The position numbers were made by a program, and so were the translations under genes. The notes under the pieces were generated by a model that saw only the letters and a program-made list of their open reading frames with translations, was not told the origin of the DNA and did no database searches. Source: Mobula hypostoma (Eukaryota). Taken from it: 64,000 bases of DNA. Below are positions 25,739 through 38,485 of the stretch, piece after piece (position 1 is the first letter of the stretch; each line of letters starts with the position of its first letter). The stretch lies in the NCBI RefSeq assembly GCF_963921235.1, contig NC_086101.1:140740001-140804000 (forward strand), given 5' to 3'.

Positions 25739-25869
25739 TCCTTCAAAGGTGCCATGCAAGTTGATAGGGTGGTTAAGAAAGTTTATGGTGTGGTAACAAA
25801 AGTGTTGGCTTTTATTAGTTGGGGGATTGAGTTCAAGAGCTGAGGTAAGGTTACGTTATGTTGAAGTTA

Positions 25870-26855
25870 TAGGTGTGCCTATCGCCCTACTCTTCTCACT
25901 TTATACTAATGACTGTGAGGCCAAGTACAGCTTCGATGTTATATTTAAGTTGGCTGACAACAACATCTTATTGGCCATATCAAAGGTGGTGACAAATTGG
26001 CATACAGGAGGGAAATTGAAAATCTTGTCAAGTGGTGCCATAAGAACAACTTCTCACTCAGTCAGCAAAACCGAATACAATACAGTAGTTGATTATACAG
26101 GAGGAGGAAACTGGAGGCCCATGAGCTAGTACTCATGAGGGGATCAGGGAGGGGGGGGCGGGTCAGTAATTTCAAATTCCTTGCCATTATCATTTTGGAG
26201 GATCTATCCTGGGTCCAGCATGTGAGTGTCATTACAAAGCATGGCAGCTTCTCTGCTTTTTAAGAAGTTTGTGTAGACTCGGCATGTCATCTAAAACCTT
26301 GACAAACTTCTATTGATGCACAGTGGAGAGTATCCTGACTGACTGCATCATGATCTGCTATGGAAACACTAATGCCCAAGAGAAGAAAAACCTATTAAAT
26401 GTGGTGGATATAGCCCTCCTCACCATTGAACACATCTACAACGAGCACTGCCACAAAAAGCAGCACCCATCAAGGACTCCCACCATCCAGACCATGCTCT
26501 TTTTGCACTGCTACCATTAGGAAGGGGGAAAAGAAGCCCTAGGTCCCATACCACCAGATTCAGGAACAGTTATTACTCTCAACCATCAGGCTCCTGAACC
26601 AGCATGGATAACTTCACTCAACACTGAACTGATTCCACAGCCTACGGATTCATTTTTATTCTCAGTATTATGTATTTACTAATTTATACTGTATTTTTGT
26701 ATTGGCACAGATTTGTCTTCTTTTGACCATTGATGATCAGTCTTTGTTTCGTTTTATTTCTTCATTCTACTGTGAATTTCTGCAAGAAAATGAATCTCAG
26801 GGTAGCATAGGGTGATATATACAGTATATACTTCCACAATAAATTTACTTTGAAC
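25870..26855 (+). mobile_element. Rex1/Babar-type LINE RT to 3' tail
   Basis: 'LLFSLYTNDC...IFKLADN' and 'ESILTDCIMICYGN'. AATAAATTTACTTTGAA tail. Confidence 0.8.
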
Positions 26856-27597
26856 ACAGTTGCATAACAATGTGAAACATCCCAGTTGTTTCTCCAGTAG
26901 TTTTATAGGATCAGAGTTTATGGAAGAAAAGGAGGCCTTGGTTCAGGTGGCCCAATGTTTTGGGCCAGGTGCCTTGAAGGAATCACCAGAAACTATGGAT
27001 CAAATCCATAGACTTCCCAGGTCTCATAGCATGGGTTCATGGAGGAGCCACTGGATTCTACCTCCAATTTAATATTCAACCAATCAAAACAGTTTATTTG
27101 GTCATTCTCAGTTTGTTGCGTGCAGAAACTGATTGTGGGCAAATTAGCTGCCATCTCATATTCCAAAGATTGACTTGGAATGTTTTTGGATGCCCTCGGG
27201 TAGGGGAAAGGCACAGAGAAAATGCAAATCCTTTCATTCCTTCTCCTGCAACATGTTGACACTTTGCATTCCTTTTGGCCTTCTAATTAACTCACAGCGA
27301 GGAGAATTTTTTGTGCTTCTACATCTTCGGGCTGGAAGTGCTGTAAGGAATTGTCAACTCATGACTTCCACCGCCCCCCCCCCCCCGCTTCCCCAGTATT
27401 AAAATCGATCGCAATTGTTTCATACTGGTTAAAACAGGATAGAAAAAATAAAAATATCCTCTGCAGTAGGAGAGTTGAGAAAAACAAAACACTAAATCCC
27501 GTGATTAAACTGCACGAGGCTGCAGAAACCAACACTCCTGACCCCTGTTACCTGGTATCATGACTAATGAGGGAGAAAACAAAAGGTTGCACATACC

Positions 27598-27610
27598 GTT
27601 GCCTGGCAAC
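27598..27610. promoter_or_regulatory. RFX X-box motif
   Basis: GTTGCCTGGCAAC, a palindromic match to GTNRCC(N0-3)RGYAAC, in apparently non-repeat sequence. Confidence 0.5.
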
Positions 27611-27789
27611 TTGACTGACTGCTGTGGGTCTGACTCTAACCTGTCAAATATTCTACAGCAGTGCCACAGGATTAAAAACACTACATGCAAAAAGGCAGTT
27701 GTTAAAATGGTATAGGGCTCCCCTGCATCCTCTTCTCCCTCCTCTGGGCCTATTCTCCCAAACATTCCATTGAATTGCTATTAAACTGG

Positions 27790-28225
27790 AAGGAGAGCAG
27801 AGGAGATTTATGGGAATGCTGCTGGGACTTGATGGATTGAGGCATGGAGAGAGGTAAAGGAGTTTGGTGCTTTATTCACTGAGGCATGGAGAAGGAGGGG
27901 CAATCTCATAGAGGTAAATAAAATTATGAGGGGCACTTGTATTCTTTTCTTAAGGCCAGCGAGTCATGAATGAGGGTGCAGGTTAAAGGTGAGAGGGGAA
28001 AGATTTAATAGGAACCCAAGAAGCACCTGTATCTACCTAGAAAGTGTAGTTTATGGAATGAGCTGCCAGAAGTGACTTAGGCAGTTACAATAACAATATT
28101 TTAAGGAGGACTTGGACAAGTACCTAAGAAAGCTTGAAGGAATATAGGGCAAATGGGAATAGCAGAGATGGGAATTTCTGTTGGCATGGACCAGTTGGGT
28201 CATAGGTCCCCACTTCCATGCATAT
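27790..28225 (+). mobile_element. Old CR1 3' fragment
   Basis: 'QRRFMGMLLGL...RGNLIEVNKIMRG...LWNELP' remnants and a CR1 3' end. Confidence 0.7.
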
Positions 28226-28886
28226 TAGATTAGATTAGATTATGAGGAGACTCGTCTATTGTCATTTAGAAATGCATGCATTAAAAATGATACAATGTTC
28301 CTCCAGAGTGATATCACAGAAACACAGGCCAAACCAAGACTAAAACTGACAAAACCACATAATTATAACATATAGTTACAACAGTGCAAAGCAATACCGT
28401 AATTTGATAAAGAGCAGACTGTGGGCACGGTAAAAAAAAATCTCAAGTCCCGATAGCCCCATCATCTCACGCAGATGGTAGAAGGGAGAATTTCTCCCTG
28501 CATGAACCCCCAAGCGCCCCAAACTTGCTGATGCATTGGAAGCACCCAACCGCAGTCGACTCTTGGTCCGTCCGAAAACTTCGAGCTTCTGACCAGCCCT
28601 TCGACACTGAGCACCATCTCAGCCAAGCGCTTTGACCCCGCCCCAGCCACCGAGCAGCAAGCAAAGCCGAGGACTCGGGACCTTCCCCTCCGGAGATTCT
28701 GGATCACACCTTAGCAGCGGCAGTGAAACAGGCATTTCAGAAGTTTCTCCAGATGTTCCTCCGTGCTTCTCACGTCTGTCTCCATCAAATCAGGATTGTG
28801 CACAGCACCCTACTTGACAGATAACAGTCATCACCACCGGAGTGGCCGCTGCAAGCTGTGTCGCATCGCCATCTTCTCCTCCTCCT
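28226..28886 (-). mobile_element. Young non-autonomous YY1-headed element with (TCTAA)n tail
   Basis: Minus 5' end GGAGGAGGAGAAGATGGCGATGCG, CpG-rich noncoding body, AATGACAATAGA and (TCTAA)3 tail. Confidence 0.7.
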
Positions 28887-29989
28887 TCTCTGCATGGCTA
28901 GGATATTTGAACTGGCTTGGGATTTATCCATATCCTTTAAGATGCATGTCAGAAGGCATTACCGACTTGGCCAGCATTTACTGCCCTTTCCTGAACTGAG
29001 TGCCTTACTAGAGTACAGGTGGGAGGGAGAGCGGTTCTGGAATCACATAGCTCAGATGGGCAAGGGCAGGAGATTTCCTAGTGGAAGACATGAATAAGCC
29101 AGACTGATGATCTGATAGTTTTGAGATTATTAGCAACACTAGCTTTCCAAATGTATTTAATTTAATTTTATTGGATGCCAGTGTGGAATTTCAGTATGTT
29201 TGCCAGCATCCATAACCCAGTCCTCTGGATCCTCCCTTTAAAAGAAATGCATCACAGATCCAAATTGTTGTTGACATGATTTATTCTTCTACTCCATCCA
29301 TACCTCACACCATTTCCCACAACCCAACTGGAACCCCTCAACATTCAGGAGGTTTTAATGACACAAAACCCCACTTCATTACAACATTTTGTTTCAATTT
29401 AGTTTTGGATAATTTGCAGGCAAAGAAAACAAGGCTGTGTGGACTGTTCCAAATACAGTTTCATCTGATGGTAACCACCAACACATTGTTCAACCTCCTC
29501 TCTGATGGTCAAGAAAATTTGTTGCAGAACTGGTGCCTCCATTAAAAGTACGCTGCCATGAATTTCCCTGATGTGTTCAGCTGGAAATTTTCAGGATGAA
29601 TGAAGACATATTTATATCCCAATGGTACCTTTCCCTTCCCTCATAAGTATACTAGAAAGAAAACTCTTCTTTCTCATTCCATATTAATATTTCGGTCAGC
29701 TTTCAAACCAGCTCCTGATAGATAGAGTGCTTTGGTGCTGATAAATGAGCATGTTGTAATATAGACGGGATTCCAGCCAATTTACATGCAGCAAGCTCCC
29801 ATTATGAAAGATACCACAGTATGGATACAAGCCCTTCAGCCCATTAAGTCAGACCAACCACTCATTTATGATAATACTATGTTATTCTCATCAACTCTCC
29901 CTAGATTCTAACACTCACTGACACATTAGAGGGCACTTACAGTGGCTAATTAACCTACTAACCCATGGCTTTGGGATGTGGGGAAATTG

Positions 29990-30280
29990 CATTAATGATG
30001 AGATTGTTTCTCCAAGAGACATTGATTAGGGATAAATATTCACCAGGATACAAGGGATATGTTTGTGCTACAAATGTTACATTTGGATCCTTTGCATCCA
30101 CCCCAGAGAACAGATGAGACCACAATATATCATCCCACTCAACAGACAGCCTCTCCTTTGCTCTCAGTACTGTAGTGGAACAGTAACCTCAACTTTTTTC
30201 CTCAAGTCTCTGGAATGGGATTGCAACCTTCTGATTCAGAAGGAAGACAAAATCACTAATGAAGCCACAGCAGCCACACA
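29990..30280 (-). mobile_element. Ancient DeuSINE (SacSINE1-like)
   Basis: Deu-domain-like TGGATGCAAAGGATCC and TCCTGGTGAATATTTATCCC, with a tRNA-like head near 30200-30280. Confidence 0.55.
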
Positions 30281-30699
30281 GTCAAACATTATTCTGAAGA
30301 TTGAACTTCAGAGGTTACTCAAAGCAATATCTAAAATCTCAGTAAAAGTACAAAATCTTTATGCTTCTGTACGCATCCTCCAATTCTCGAATTTAAAATT
30401 AAGGTTGTGCCTGGTTTGCAGGGGATGGTGGTGTGTAACACATACTCATAATTTTAATTATGAATTAACTCTGGATGTAGTCCAGCTGAGCTCTAGGAGG
30501 CACAGACACATCGCTGATCTATCAACTCTCCCAATCTGTTTATAATCAACTATCAATCACTTTCCACATTTTCATTAGATGTTGTACCATGAAACTATGC
30601 CAGCTCACAGAACACCTCTATTCCCTCACTGACTTTCTCTTTAGCATGTCACTAATTTTCCTTCAGATTTTACCATCCGCATGCACCAAAGGCAATTTA

Positions 30700-31105
30700 C
30701 TATTTTCTAAATAGGGAGAGAATTCAGAAATAAGCGGCAGAAGTGGACTTGGGAGTCTGCATTCAGGACAGAGTGGACATGGAAAGGATGTTTCTATTGG
30801 TAGGAGAGTCCAGGATCCAAGAGCACACAGCCTCAGAATAAAGGGACATCCTGAGATGAGCAGGAATTTCTTCAGACAGGGGGTGGTAAATCTGTGGAAT
30901 TTTGTTGTCATAAAGGGTTATGCAGGCCAAGTTATTATGCAGGTTAAAGCAGAGATTGCTAGGTTTTTGATTGGTTTGGGGGAGGGGTTAGAGGTTATGA
31001 AAAGGTGAGAGAATGTGGTTTGGGAAAAATAATTGGCCGTGATTGAATGTAGAGCAGACCTGATGGGGCAAATGGCCCAATTCTTTTCCCATATCTTATG
31101 GTCTA
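30700..31105 (+). mobile_element. CR1 3' fragment with internal deletion
   Basis: 'ERMFLLVGESR...EMSRNFFRQGVVNLWN' and a CTTATGGTCT tail. Confidence 0.75.
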
Positions 31106-32369
31106 AATTGGAATAAATCATTATCCAATATCCTTGTTTTAATCCAGTCATTTTTCTAAAATATTAATTTTGCCCTCCCCTCCACATTCACTCTAACCTG
31201 CTAACTGCTTACATTTTTAAATTAAAATTTTCTACAACTTTCAGTACCTTACTTTTGTATTAACGTGCAATTCTGGTTTTAGAAGTAAACTCTTCTAATC
31301 AAATTTAGAACAAAAGAAATCTCTTAAAAACCAAAGACAAATACAGCTGTCTTAACCAACATAATGCAAATGGAACATTAACCATAGATTCCTCTTTTTC
31401 CAGCAGAATATTCCCTCAATCCAACCTCAAAAACTTAGTGGCATTAATTGTACACTTTTCATGAAATTATATTATAGAATCTAGAAGTCAAAGGTTTTTA
31501 TTTAAAAATAAATGGAACTTGAGAGCTTTAAATAACTGGTGTTTACCATTTTAGCATTGATGGAGTTAAATGGTCCCGGATATATTGCTTTGGACTTTTA
31601 AAGGTTCTATTTAAATGAATTCAAAACTGACTAATGTGTATGCAAATCATAGTGACAAATTTAGACAAACAACTATGCAGTGGGCTCTGTATGAACACTT
31701 GGGAATCAAAATGGATACAAAACCAGGTGGATACTGAACCTCTACACCTAGAGGATTTAAGATCAGTTAATAAATTTAAATTATTAATAATGTAGAAATC
31801 ATAAGGAGCTCTTCACAGTTCAAGTTTAAACAATAAAAATACCCAGTATGATGGCGAGGTCTGTTTATGGTTAAATTAGTCCAACATCGAAGGAAAGTTG
31901 ATCATAATGATAATCAACTTGGAAAGGCCAAAAGCTATTTCTGATTTTTAAAATACACACCTCATGATATAACCCTATCACCTTCACGATACAATTGGCA
32001 GAGCATGTAAATATTAACCTAGGTTAACCAGTAACTAAAGCACATACTCATTTAAGCAGCGTTTATTCTGCATATGTAAAATTCATCTTTAACTCGTTCA
32101 CTCCCATCATCATCTCAGAATGGTGCTCCATCTGAGTGCACATAAACCAGGAGGCTAAGAGAGGCCCGGGAACATTGCCAAGTGCCTGCTCTCACCTCAG
32201 AAGTCCCAAGTCAATGGCTAGATTTTAAAATGCTTGTCTCTCCAAAATTCCAAGGCTTTACCCCTACTTTATCTCTGTAACCTCTTTCAACCGTGCCACA
32301 ATTCTGTATGTTAGTTCCGGCCTCAGGGCCATCCTCGGCTTTGAATTACTCCACCACTGGCAGTCGTGT

Positions 32370-32935
32370 CTTAGAATGAAGAACAGTACAGCAAATAAAC
32401 AGGCCCTTCAGTCCACAATGTCTGCTCCAGACATGGTGCAAAATTAAACTATTTGCTTCTGCACATGATCCATATCCCTCTATTCACGGCATTTACATGT
32501 GCTTATCTAACAGGCTCTTAACCACCACTCTCATATCTACTTCCACCACTACCTTGGCAGAGCTTTCCAGTCACTACTCTGTAATAAACAAATTGCCCCA
32601 GACATCTTTAACCTTTCCTTTCACCTTAAAGCTCTGGTACCTGACATTTCCATCATGAGAAAAAGATTTTGACCATCTATCCTATGCTTCTCAAAATTTC
32701 GATCAGGCCTCCCCTCAGTTCCTGAGGAAACAACCCATGTTTGCCCAACTTCTCCTTACAACTAATACTCTCATAACCAGGCAGCACCCTGATAATCCCT
32801 CCTGTAATGGGACGGTCAGAATTGCACATGATACTCCAAGTGTGACCTAATCTAAGTTTTATACAGCTGCAACAGGACTTCTTGACTTGTACTCAGTGCT
32901 TTGACTGATGAAGACAAGCATGTCATGCCTTCATT
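32370..32935 (-). mobile_element. Old CR1 3' fragment
   Basis: Minus strand 'LQLYKT*IRSHLEY' and CR1 3' end GGACTGAAGGGCCTG. Confidence 0.7.
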
Positions 32936-32974
32936 GCACAAATCCTAGGTCTTAAATTCCCACCCTAAACTACA

Positions 32975-33256
32975 CATCGTGGTTAGTGCAACGCCTTACA
33001 GTACAGGCGACCTGGGTTCAATTCCCACCACAGCGTGTAAGGAACTTGTACGTTCTCCCCGTGACCGTGTGGGTTTCCTCCAGGTGATTCACTTTCCTCC
33101 CAGAGTCCAAAGATGTACCAGTTGGTAGGTTAATTGGTCATTGTAAATTGCCCTGTGATTAGGCTAGGGTTAGATTGGGGATTGCTGGGCTGTGTGACTC
33201 AAAGGGCTGCAAGGGCATACTCCTCACTGTATCTCAGTCTATCAAATAAATAAATA
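32975..33256 (+). mobile_element. V-SINE (HE1-like)
   Basis: Near copy of 20298-20605: B-box GGTTCAATTCC, V-domain and AAAT tail. Confidence 0.85.
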
Positions 33257-34239
33257 TTTTCCCTTTCTTGCTTCAGTATGTACACCTTAGTATCTCTACT
33301 CAGTTCCTCTCAATCAGAAGTGTGGCTAAAGGGAACCCACATAGGTCCAAGTTATATGTGTCTCTTTGTAGAACATGTGGAACTACTCCAGTCCCTTACT
33401 TTCTTTTTCACTCCTCTGGTGACTGTATCAGTGCTGCTTCCTTCTCTTATATGGAACTGCAACACTGCAGAGAGTAACAGCATGGAAACAGGTCCTACGA
33501 CCCAACCCATCCATACCAATCTCTGCTCATCGGGCTACTTGTATTTGCCCAAATTCAGGTCATACCCCATTTATCCAGGTACTTACCCAAATGTCTTCTG
33601 TTACTGTACCTGCCTCAGCTACTTTTCCTGGCAGCTTGTTCCATGCGCACACTTCCCTCTGCATGAAGAAAGTACCTCTCAGGTCCCTGTTAAATCTTCC
33701 ACCTCTCAGAATCAGAGCGTGGAAATGGGTCATTCAGCCTAACAAGTCCATGCTAACTGCTGCTCAGCAAGCTAGTCTCATCTGCCTGTGTTGGGCTCAC
33801 AGTCCTCTAAATCTTTCATTTTCATGTACATAACTGAATGGATCTTAAATGTTGCTAATGTGCCTGCCTCACCAGCATTTCTGGCAACTCATTCCAAATA
33901 CACACCTTTTCTGTCAGTTTTAAACCTGCAGTTGCTTTCACCTGACCCATCTTTGACTCTACACTACTCTCTCTCCATTTATCAGTAAACCTTCACTACA
34001 CAAATTCAAACAACTCTTCTGAATATACCTCCTCCCTCCCTGATTTTTGCATGGACTGTACTCCATTCCCCAGTTTCTCAGTCTGTTTTGATTAATCTGA
34101 TGACACACCTGTCCTAGTGCTACACAGCACCCCACTTACCCATCGTTGAGTTGGTTCTCAACTATATCTGCTTCATTCTCTATGTCTGCTCTCACTTCCT
34201 CTCCTCCCACCCAATGCACAAACACCAACTTCCCCTCTG

Positions 34240-34885
34240 TGGAACACACACAAAATACTGGAGGAACTCAGCAGGCCAGGCAAAAAAGTTCAGCTGACAT
34301 TTCAAATCAAGACTCTTCGGCAGGACTGGAGAAAAAAAAAAAGACGAGGAGTAGATTAAAAAAGTAGGTGATGAGAGACAGAGAGAGAGAGAGAGACAGA
34401 GAGAGACAGGAGAGGGGGAGAGATGAAGTAAAGAACTGGGAAGTTGATTGGTGAAAGAGATACAGGGCTGGAAAAGGGGGAGTCTGAAAGAAGGTCATGG
34501 AAGAAAGAAAAGGGAAGTGGGGCACCAGAGGGAGGTGATGAGCAGGCAAGGAGATAAGGTAAGAGAGGGAAAAAGGGATGGGAAATGAAGGAGAGGGGAG
34601 GGAAGCCATTACCGGAAGTTCAAGAAATCAATATTCATGCCATCAGTTTGGAGGCTACCCAGATGGAATATAAGGTGTTGTTCCTCCAACCCGAGTGTGG
34701 TCATATCACAACAGTAGAGGAGGCCATGGATTGATAAGTCAGAGTGGGAATGGGAAGTGGAATTAAAATGGATAGCCGCCGGGAGATCCCACTTCTTCTG
34801 GCAGATGGAGTGTAGATGATCAGCAAACTGGTCTCCTAATCTACGTTGGGTCTCACTTATATACAGGAGGCCACATGGGGAGTCC
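34240..34885 (-). mobile_element. Penelope-like element 3' part with mutated hammerhead (34291-34328) and (GA)n tract
   Basis: Minus strand 'LLYISETQRRLGDQFADH...EEQHLIFHLGSLQTDGMN'. HHR box reads CTGCCGA. Confidence 0.85.
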
Positions 34886-35879
34886 TCTCCAGGGACTTCG
34901 TTGTGTGGGGAAAGCAGACAATGTAATTAAGGACCTCTCCCACCTTGTCAACCCCCTCCCATCAGACAAAATAAACAAGCACTTCGCTCATTTCTGACTG
35001 ACACATGCCCCAGAGTCTCAACACAAACCAGCTTCTATCCACTGTCAACTTGGACCTCCTGAACAGACCTCTTACAAAAATAAAGATGGACTCTTAATCT
35101 CACAGTCTCCCTCGTCATGGCTCTCACACTTCATTTGTGCACTTTCTCTGTAACCATAACAGTATATTCTGCATATTCTCTATCCACACCCCACCCCTTT
35201 TGTGCTACCTGGATGTACTCGTGTATGGATTTACCTGTCTAAATGGCATGCAAATCTTCAAACTGCATCCGAGTACACGTACCAATAATAAACCAATTTG
35301 CCTCTGTGTTCACCTCCCACCTCACGAGCTTCTATCCTCAACAAGTCATCCTGAGTAATTTCTAATACCACCAATAAGATTACATTGCCAAACAATCTTT
35401 TGCTTCACCTCCCCCTCCCACCACCATTTCAGCATTCTGAATGAATGTCTCCTTTGTAGAAAGCCAACTCCTTCATCTCCACCAGGGTCCAGGTCATTCT
35501 TACTGCATCTTCCCTTGCAACTACCTTCTTGTGATGGGACCTAAACAGTCCCCCAATTGAAGCAATATATTGAATTGTTGCTAACATGCAGACTCCTCTA
35601 TATGGGGAAATTTGACATTGTGAAACTTTTGGTGATTCTTTGAAAGCATTCATTCAATCTGCCAGAATGACCCCAAAATCACAATTGCCTGTTGTCTTAC
35701 TTCTCCATTCTAACCTCACTTTGACCTGCTACACTATTGAAATGAAGCCCAACACAAGATCAAGGAAGAGCCATTCATCTCCCCACTATAGCCTTCAGGA
35801 CTCAACACAAAATTCAGACATCCGTCCCCTCAAAGTTTCTTTGAACTTCCCAGCCTTGTATATTGTTCTAGGAGACAAC

Positions 35880-36220
35880 AGATCACAAATGCTGGGATCC
35901 AGAGCAACCAAATCTGCTGGAGGAACTCAGCAGGTCAAGCTGCATCTGTCAAGGGAAAGAAATTGTCAATGTTTTAAGTTGAGAACCTATTTCTTGTACC
36001 CCCTGGAGACACAAGAGACTGCAGATGCTGGAATATGGAGCAGCAAACAATCTGCTGGAGGAACACAGCAGGTCAAGCAGAATCTAGGTGGGAAAGAAAC
36101 TGTTACAGTACATGGTTACAACCCAAAGTATCAGCAGTTCCTTCCATTCCCCCCCCACCATCTCTTCAGATGCTGCTTGACCCAGTGAGCTCTTCCAGAG
36201 ATTGTTTCTTGCTCTCATAC
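35880..36220. repeat. Old Penelope pLTR-derived copies, including a fold-back (~36040-36215)
   Basis: GCAGATGCTGGAA...TGCTGGAGGAACACAGCAGGTCAAGCAG is followed by its imperfect reverse complement TGCTGCTTGACCCAGTGAGCTCTTCCAG. Confidence 0.6.
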
Positions 36221-36544
36221 CTTCCCATGTATATTTTCCCCTTTTCTCTAGTTTAGAATTCACTCATCTATTTTAACCGCTCTAAGGCACAGCTTTTGTT
36301 AATTTTCATCATCACCACACAATTTCAGCTGGTGTCATGTCCACAAATGCCATCCTATCTCTCTTGATTTCCACCTCCCACAAACTTTTCATTTCTTCTC
36401 TCCACCCTTCCCCATTCTCTCTGCAACTTTAAACTGGTTTCACTTCCCAGTTGTAACGGACGAAGGTTGAGTAACCCAAAATGTTAACAACATTTCTCTC
36501 TCCACAGATGAAGTCTGAGTGGCAAAGAATTTCCATCATCCCCC

Positions 36545-36725
36545 TTATCTAGATCCACCAATCACCTATCAGCTCTTGCTCCACCCCTTCCCCCCACTAT
36601 TTTATTCTGGCTATCTCTGCTTTCTTTCCAGTGTTGATGAAGGGTCTTGACCTGAAACATCAACTATCCACCGTAGATGTTGCTCGGCCTGGTGAGTTCC
36701 TCCAGATTCCAGCATCTGCAGTCAC
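36545..36725 (+). repeat. Penelope pLTR with mutated hammerhead (36629-36666)
   Basis: TTGATGA-AGG(gtcttga)CCT-GAAA-CATC and pLTR end CCAGCATCTGCAG. Confidence 0.7.
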
Positions 36726-36861
36726 CCACGTCTCCTCTTACTCTATGCAATTTGACGACTACGTTTCCTGAAAAATTAATTGGCTGTAAAAGAACTTCAG
36801 AATATCAAAGAAAAGCAAAGTGTGCTATACAAATGCATTTCTTTGAAGATGTTCCTAAAGG

Positions 36862-37110
36862 GCTGTACAGTAACAGTAATTAGTGTAACACTATTACAGT
36901 ACCAGTGACCCAAGTTCAATTCCTGCCACTGTCTATAAGGAGTGGGTGATCACATGGGTTTCCTCCAGGTTTCTCTAGTTTCCTCCCACATTTCAAAGAC
37001 GTACGGGTTAGTAGATTAATTGGTCACATGGGTATAGTTGGACAGCGCAGGCTCGTTGGGCTAAAAGGGCCTGTTACCACATTGTATCTCTAAATAAAAA
37101 AATAAAAATT
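36862..37110 (+). mobile_element. V-SINE (HE1-like)
   Basis: AGTTCAATTCC B-box, V-domain, GGGCTAAAAGGGCC and an A-rich tail. Confidence 0.8.
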
Positions 37111-38356
37111 AGAAATAAAAGCTATCAGTCCTTTGATCACAGTTTGGAATATCTTTAAGGCTGGACACAACGTTTTGCCTGACGACACCCCTGGAACATG
37201 CTAAGTACTATTGCAATGAATGCAGTCTTTGAGGAGATCAGAGTTGCCATATTTTGTTTATTTCTTACTTTCCGCAGCACCCACTTTAAAATTTCTCAGA
37301 CAATAAAAAAGGAAATCATGCCTTTGAATTCCGTTTTACTAAATTTAATTATACAAAACCCATGACAAAATGCCTATCAATTTAGCTCTGAGGTCAGTGT
37401 ACATGATATGATAATTCAGATGAGGGGCAGGATAGTTCTCCATTAAAGTAGATAACTTAGTTTAGAAAGTTCATATTGAAAACCTGATAGCTGAAATTTT
37501 GCACTCCGTGTAACATTTTTGTAATATTTTCCCTGAAGGAAGAAATCATCAGCAAGGCCAGTATTCTAACCCTCTTAATGTCCTTTGACATACCTCCTCA
37601 AAGTAATGGAGTGGGGAAGGCATTCCTGTAGTCATTGGGAGGGCAGCCAATGGATTTTGAAATGGTGATGATAAAGGAATTTTGAAGGGAAGTTATAGAT
37701 AGTGGCGATTTCTCTCATCTACTGTTCTCGTCTTGCTAGGTAGTAGAGGTCATAGTTTTGAAACAAACTGGCTATTTTACACATTAATCTGCTCTGTCAT
37801 TGATGTAGGCAAATAGCAACAAATTAATATTTCTTAACTGGGCAGAATTTATGATAATGTGCCTTTACTAGTGATTTGGCCAGCAAGCATGTGAAATAAC
37901 TATTCGTAAGTCACCTCTACGTCTGTTTCAAACTCCAGTTTATTGATAAGATATCTGTACATACCCAGCCAAAATAAAGATCAGCCCACTTGATTCGAGG
38001 AGAATGGATTTTGAACACCAACAAAGTCATTTTGTTGAGATTTCACTTCAAAAATCACATTTAAATAAAAACAATAATCCGTGTGTGAAAATTGCACATC
38101 CACACATATTATGCCTGCCATTCTTTACCAATCACCACTGCAACAAGTTAAACGATAAATCTGTTCTGAACTGTTTTTTTTAAGTGAAAATCAAATCAGG
38201 GGAAAAGGGGAACCTCTGCTTCTCAAACTTAAAATTGCTACTATTACAAAAGAGGGAACTAGGATCAAAAGTAGAAAAGTTAATTTAAAAAAAACCTGAA
38301 ATGAATTGTATGCAAACTCAGTTTACACTATGACACTGAAAAAATTAGATGAAAAC

Positions 38357-38485
38357 CGATGATGGGCCTCAGCCCAAAATGTCAACAGTTTATATCCCTC
38401 CATAGATGTTGCCCAACTTCAGAGTTCCTCCAGCATTTTGTGTGTGTCCTCAAGACTTCTGGCATCTGGAGAAACTTGTGTTTAT
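38357..38485 (+). repeat. Solo truncated Penelope pLTR with TSD
   Basis: Starts inside a decayed HHR (GATGATGGGCCTCAGCCCAAAATGTC). GATGAAAAC is duplicated at 38348-38356 and 38486-38494. Confidence 0.65.

Larger units (their letters stand above)
24325..25850 (+). mobile_element. CR1 RT fragment (24325-24497 + 25739-25850) split by a Penelope insertion
   Basis: 'WQMEFNLEKCEVIHFG...QRDLG' resumes as 'QVDRVVKKVYG' after 25739. Confidence 0.8.

Noticed and set aside
19864-29505. Plus-strand two-exon chain 19864-19925 + 29420-29505 (QRESSFTFDLYQRDGCYYSHG-KENKAVWTVPNTVSSDGNHQHIVQPPL*)
   Set aside because: Splice sites and phase are compatible, but the peptide is unrecognisable and a phase match has a 1-in-3 chance. 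Not supportable without RNA data.
35640-36188. 182-aa ORF with repeated SAGGTQQVK
   Set aside because: The repeat comes from two adjacent noncoding pLTR copies.
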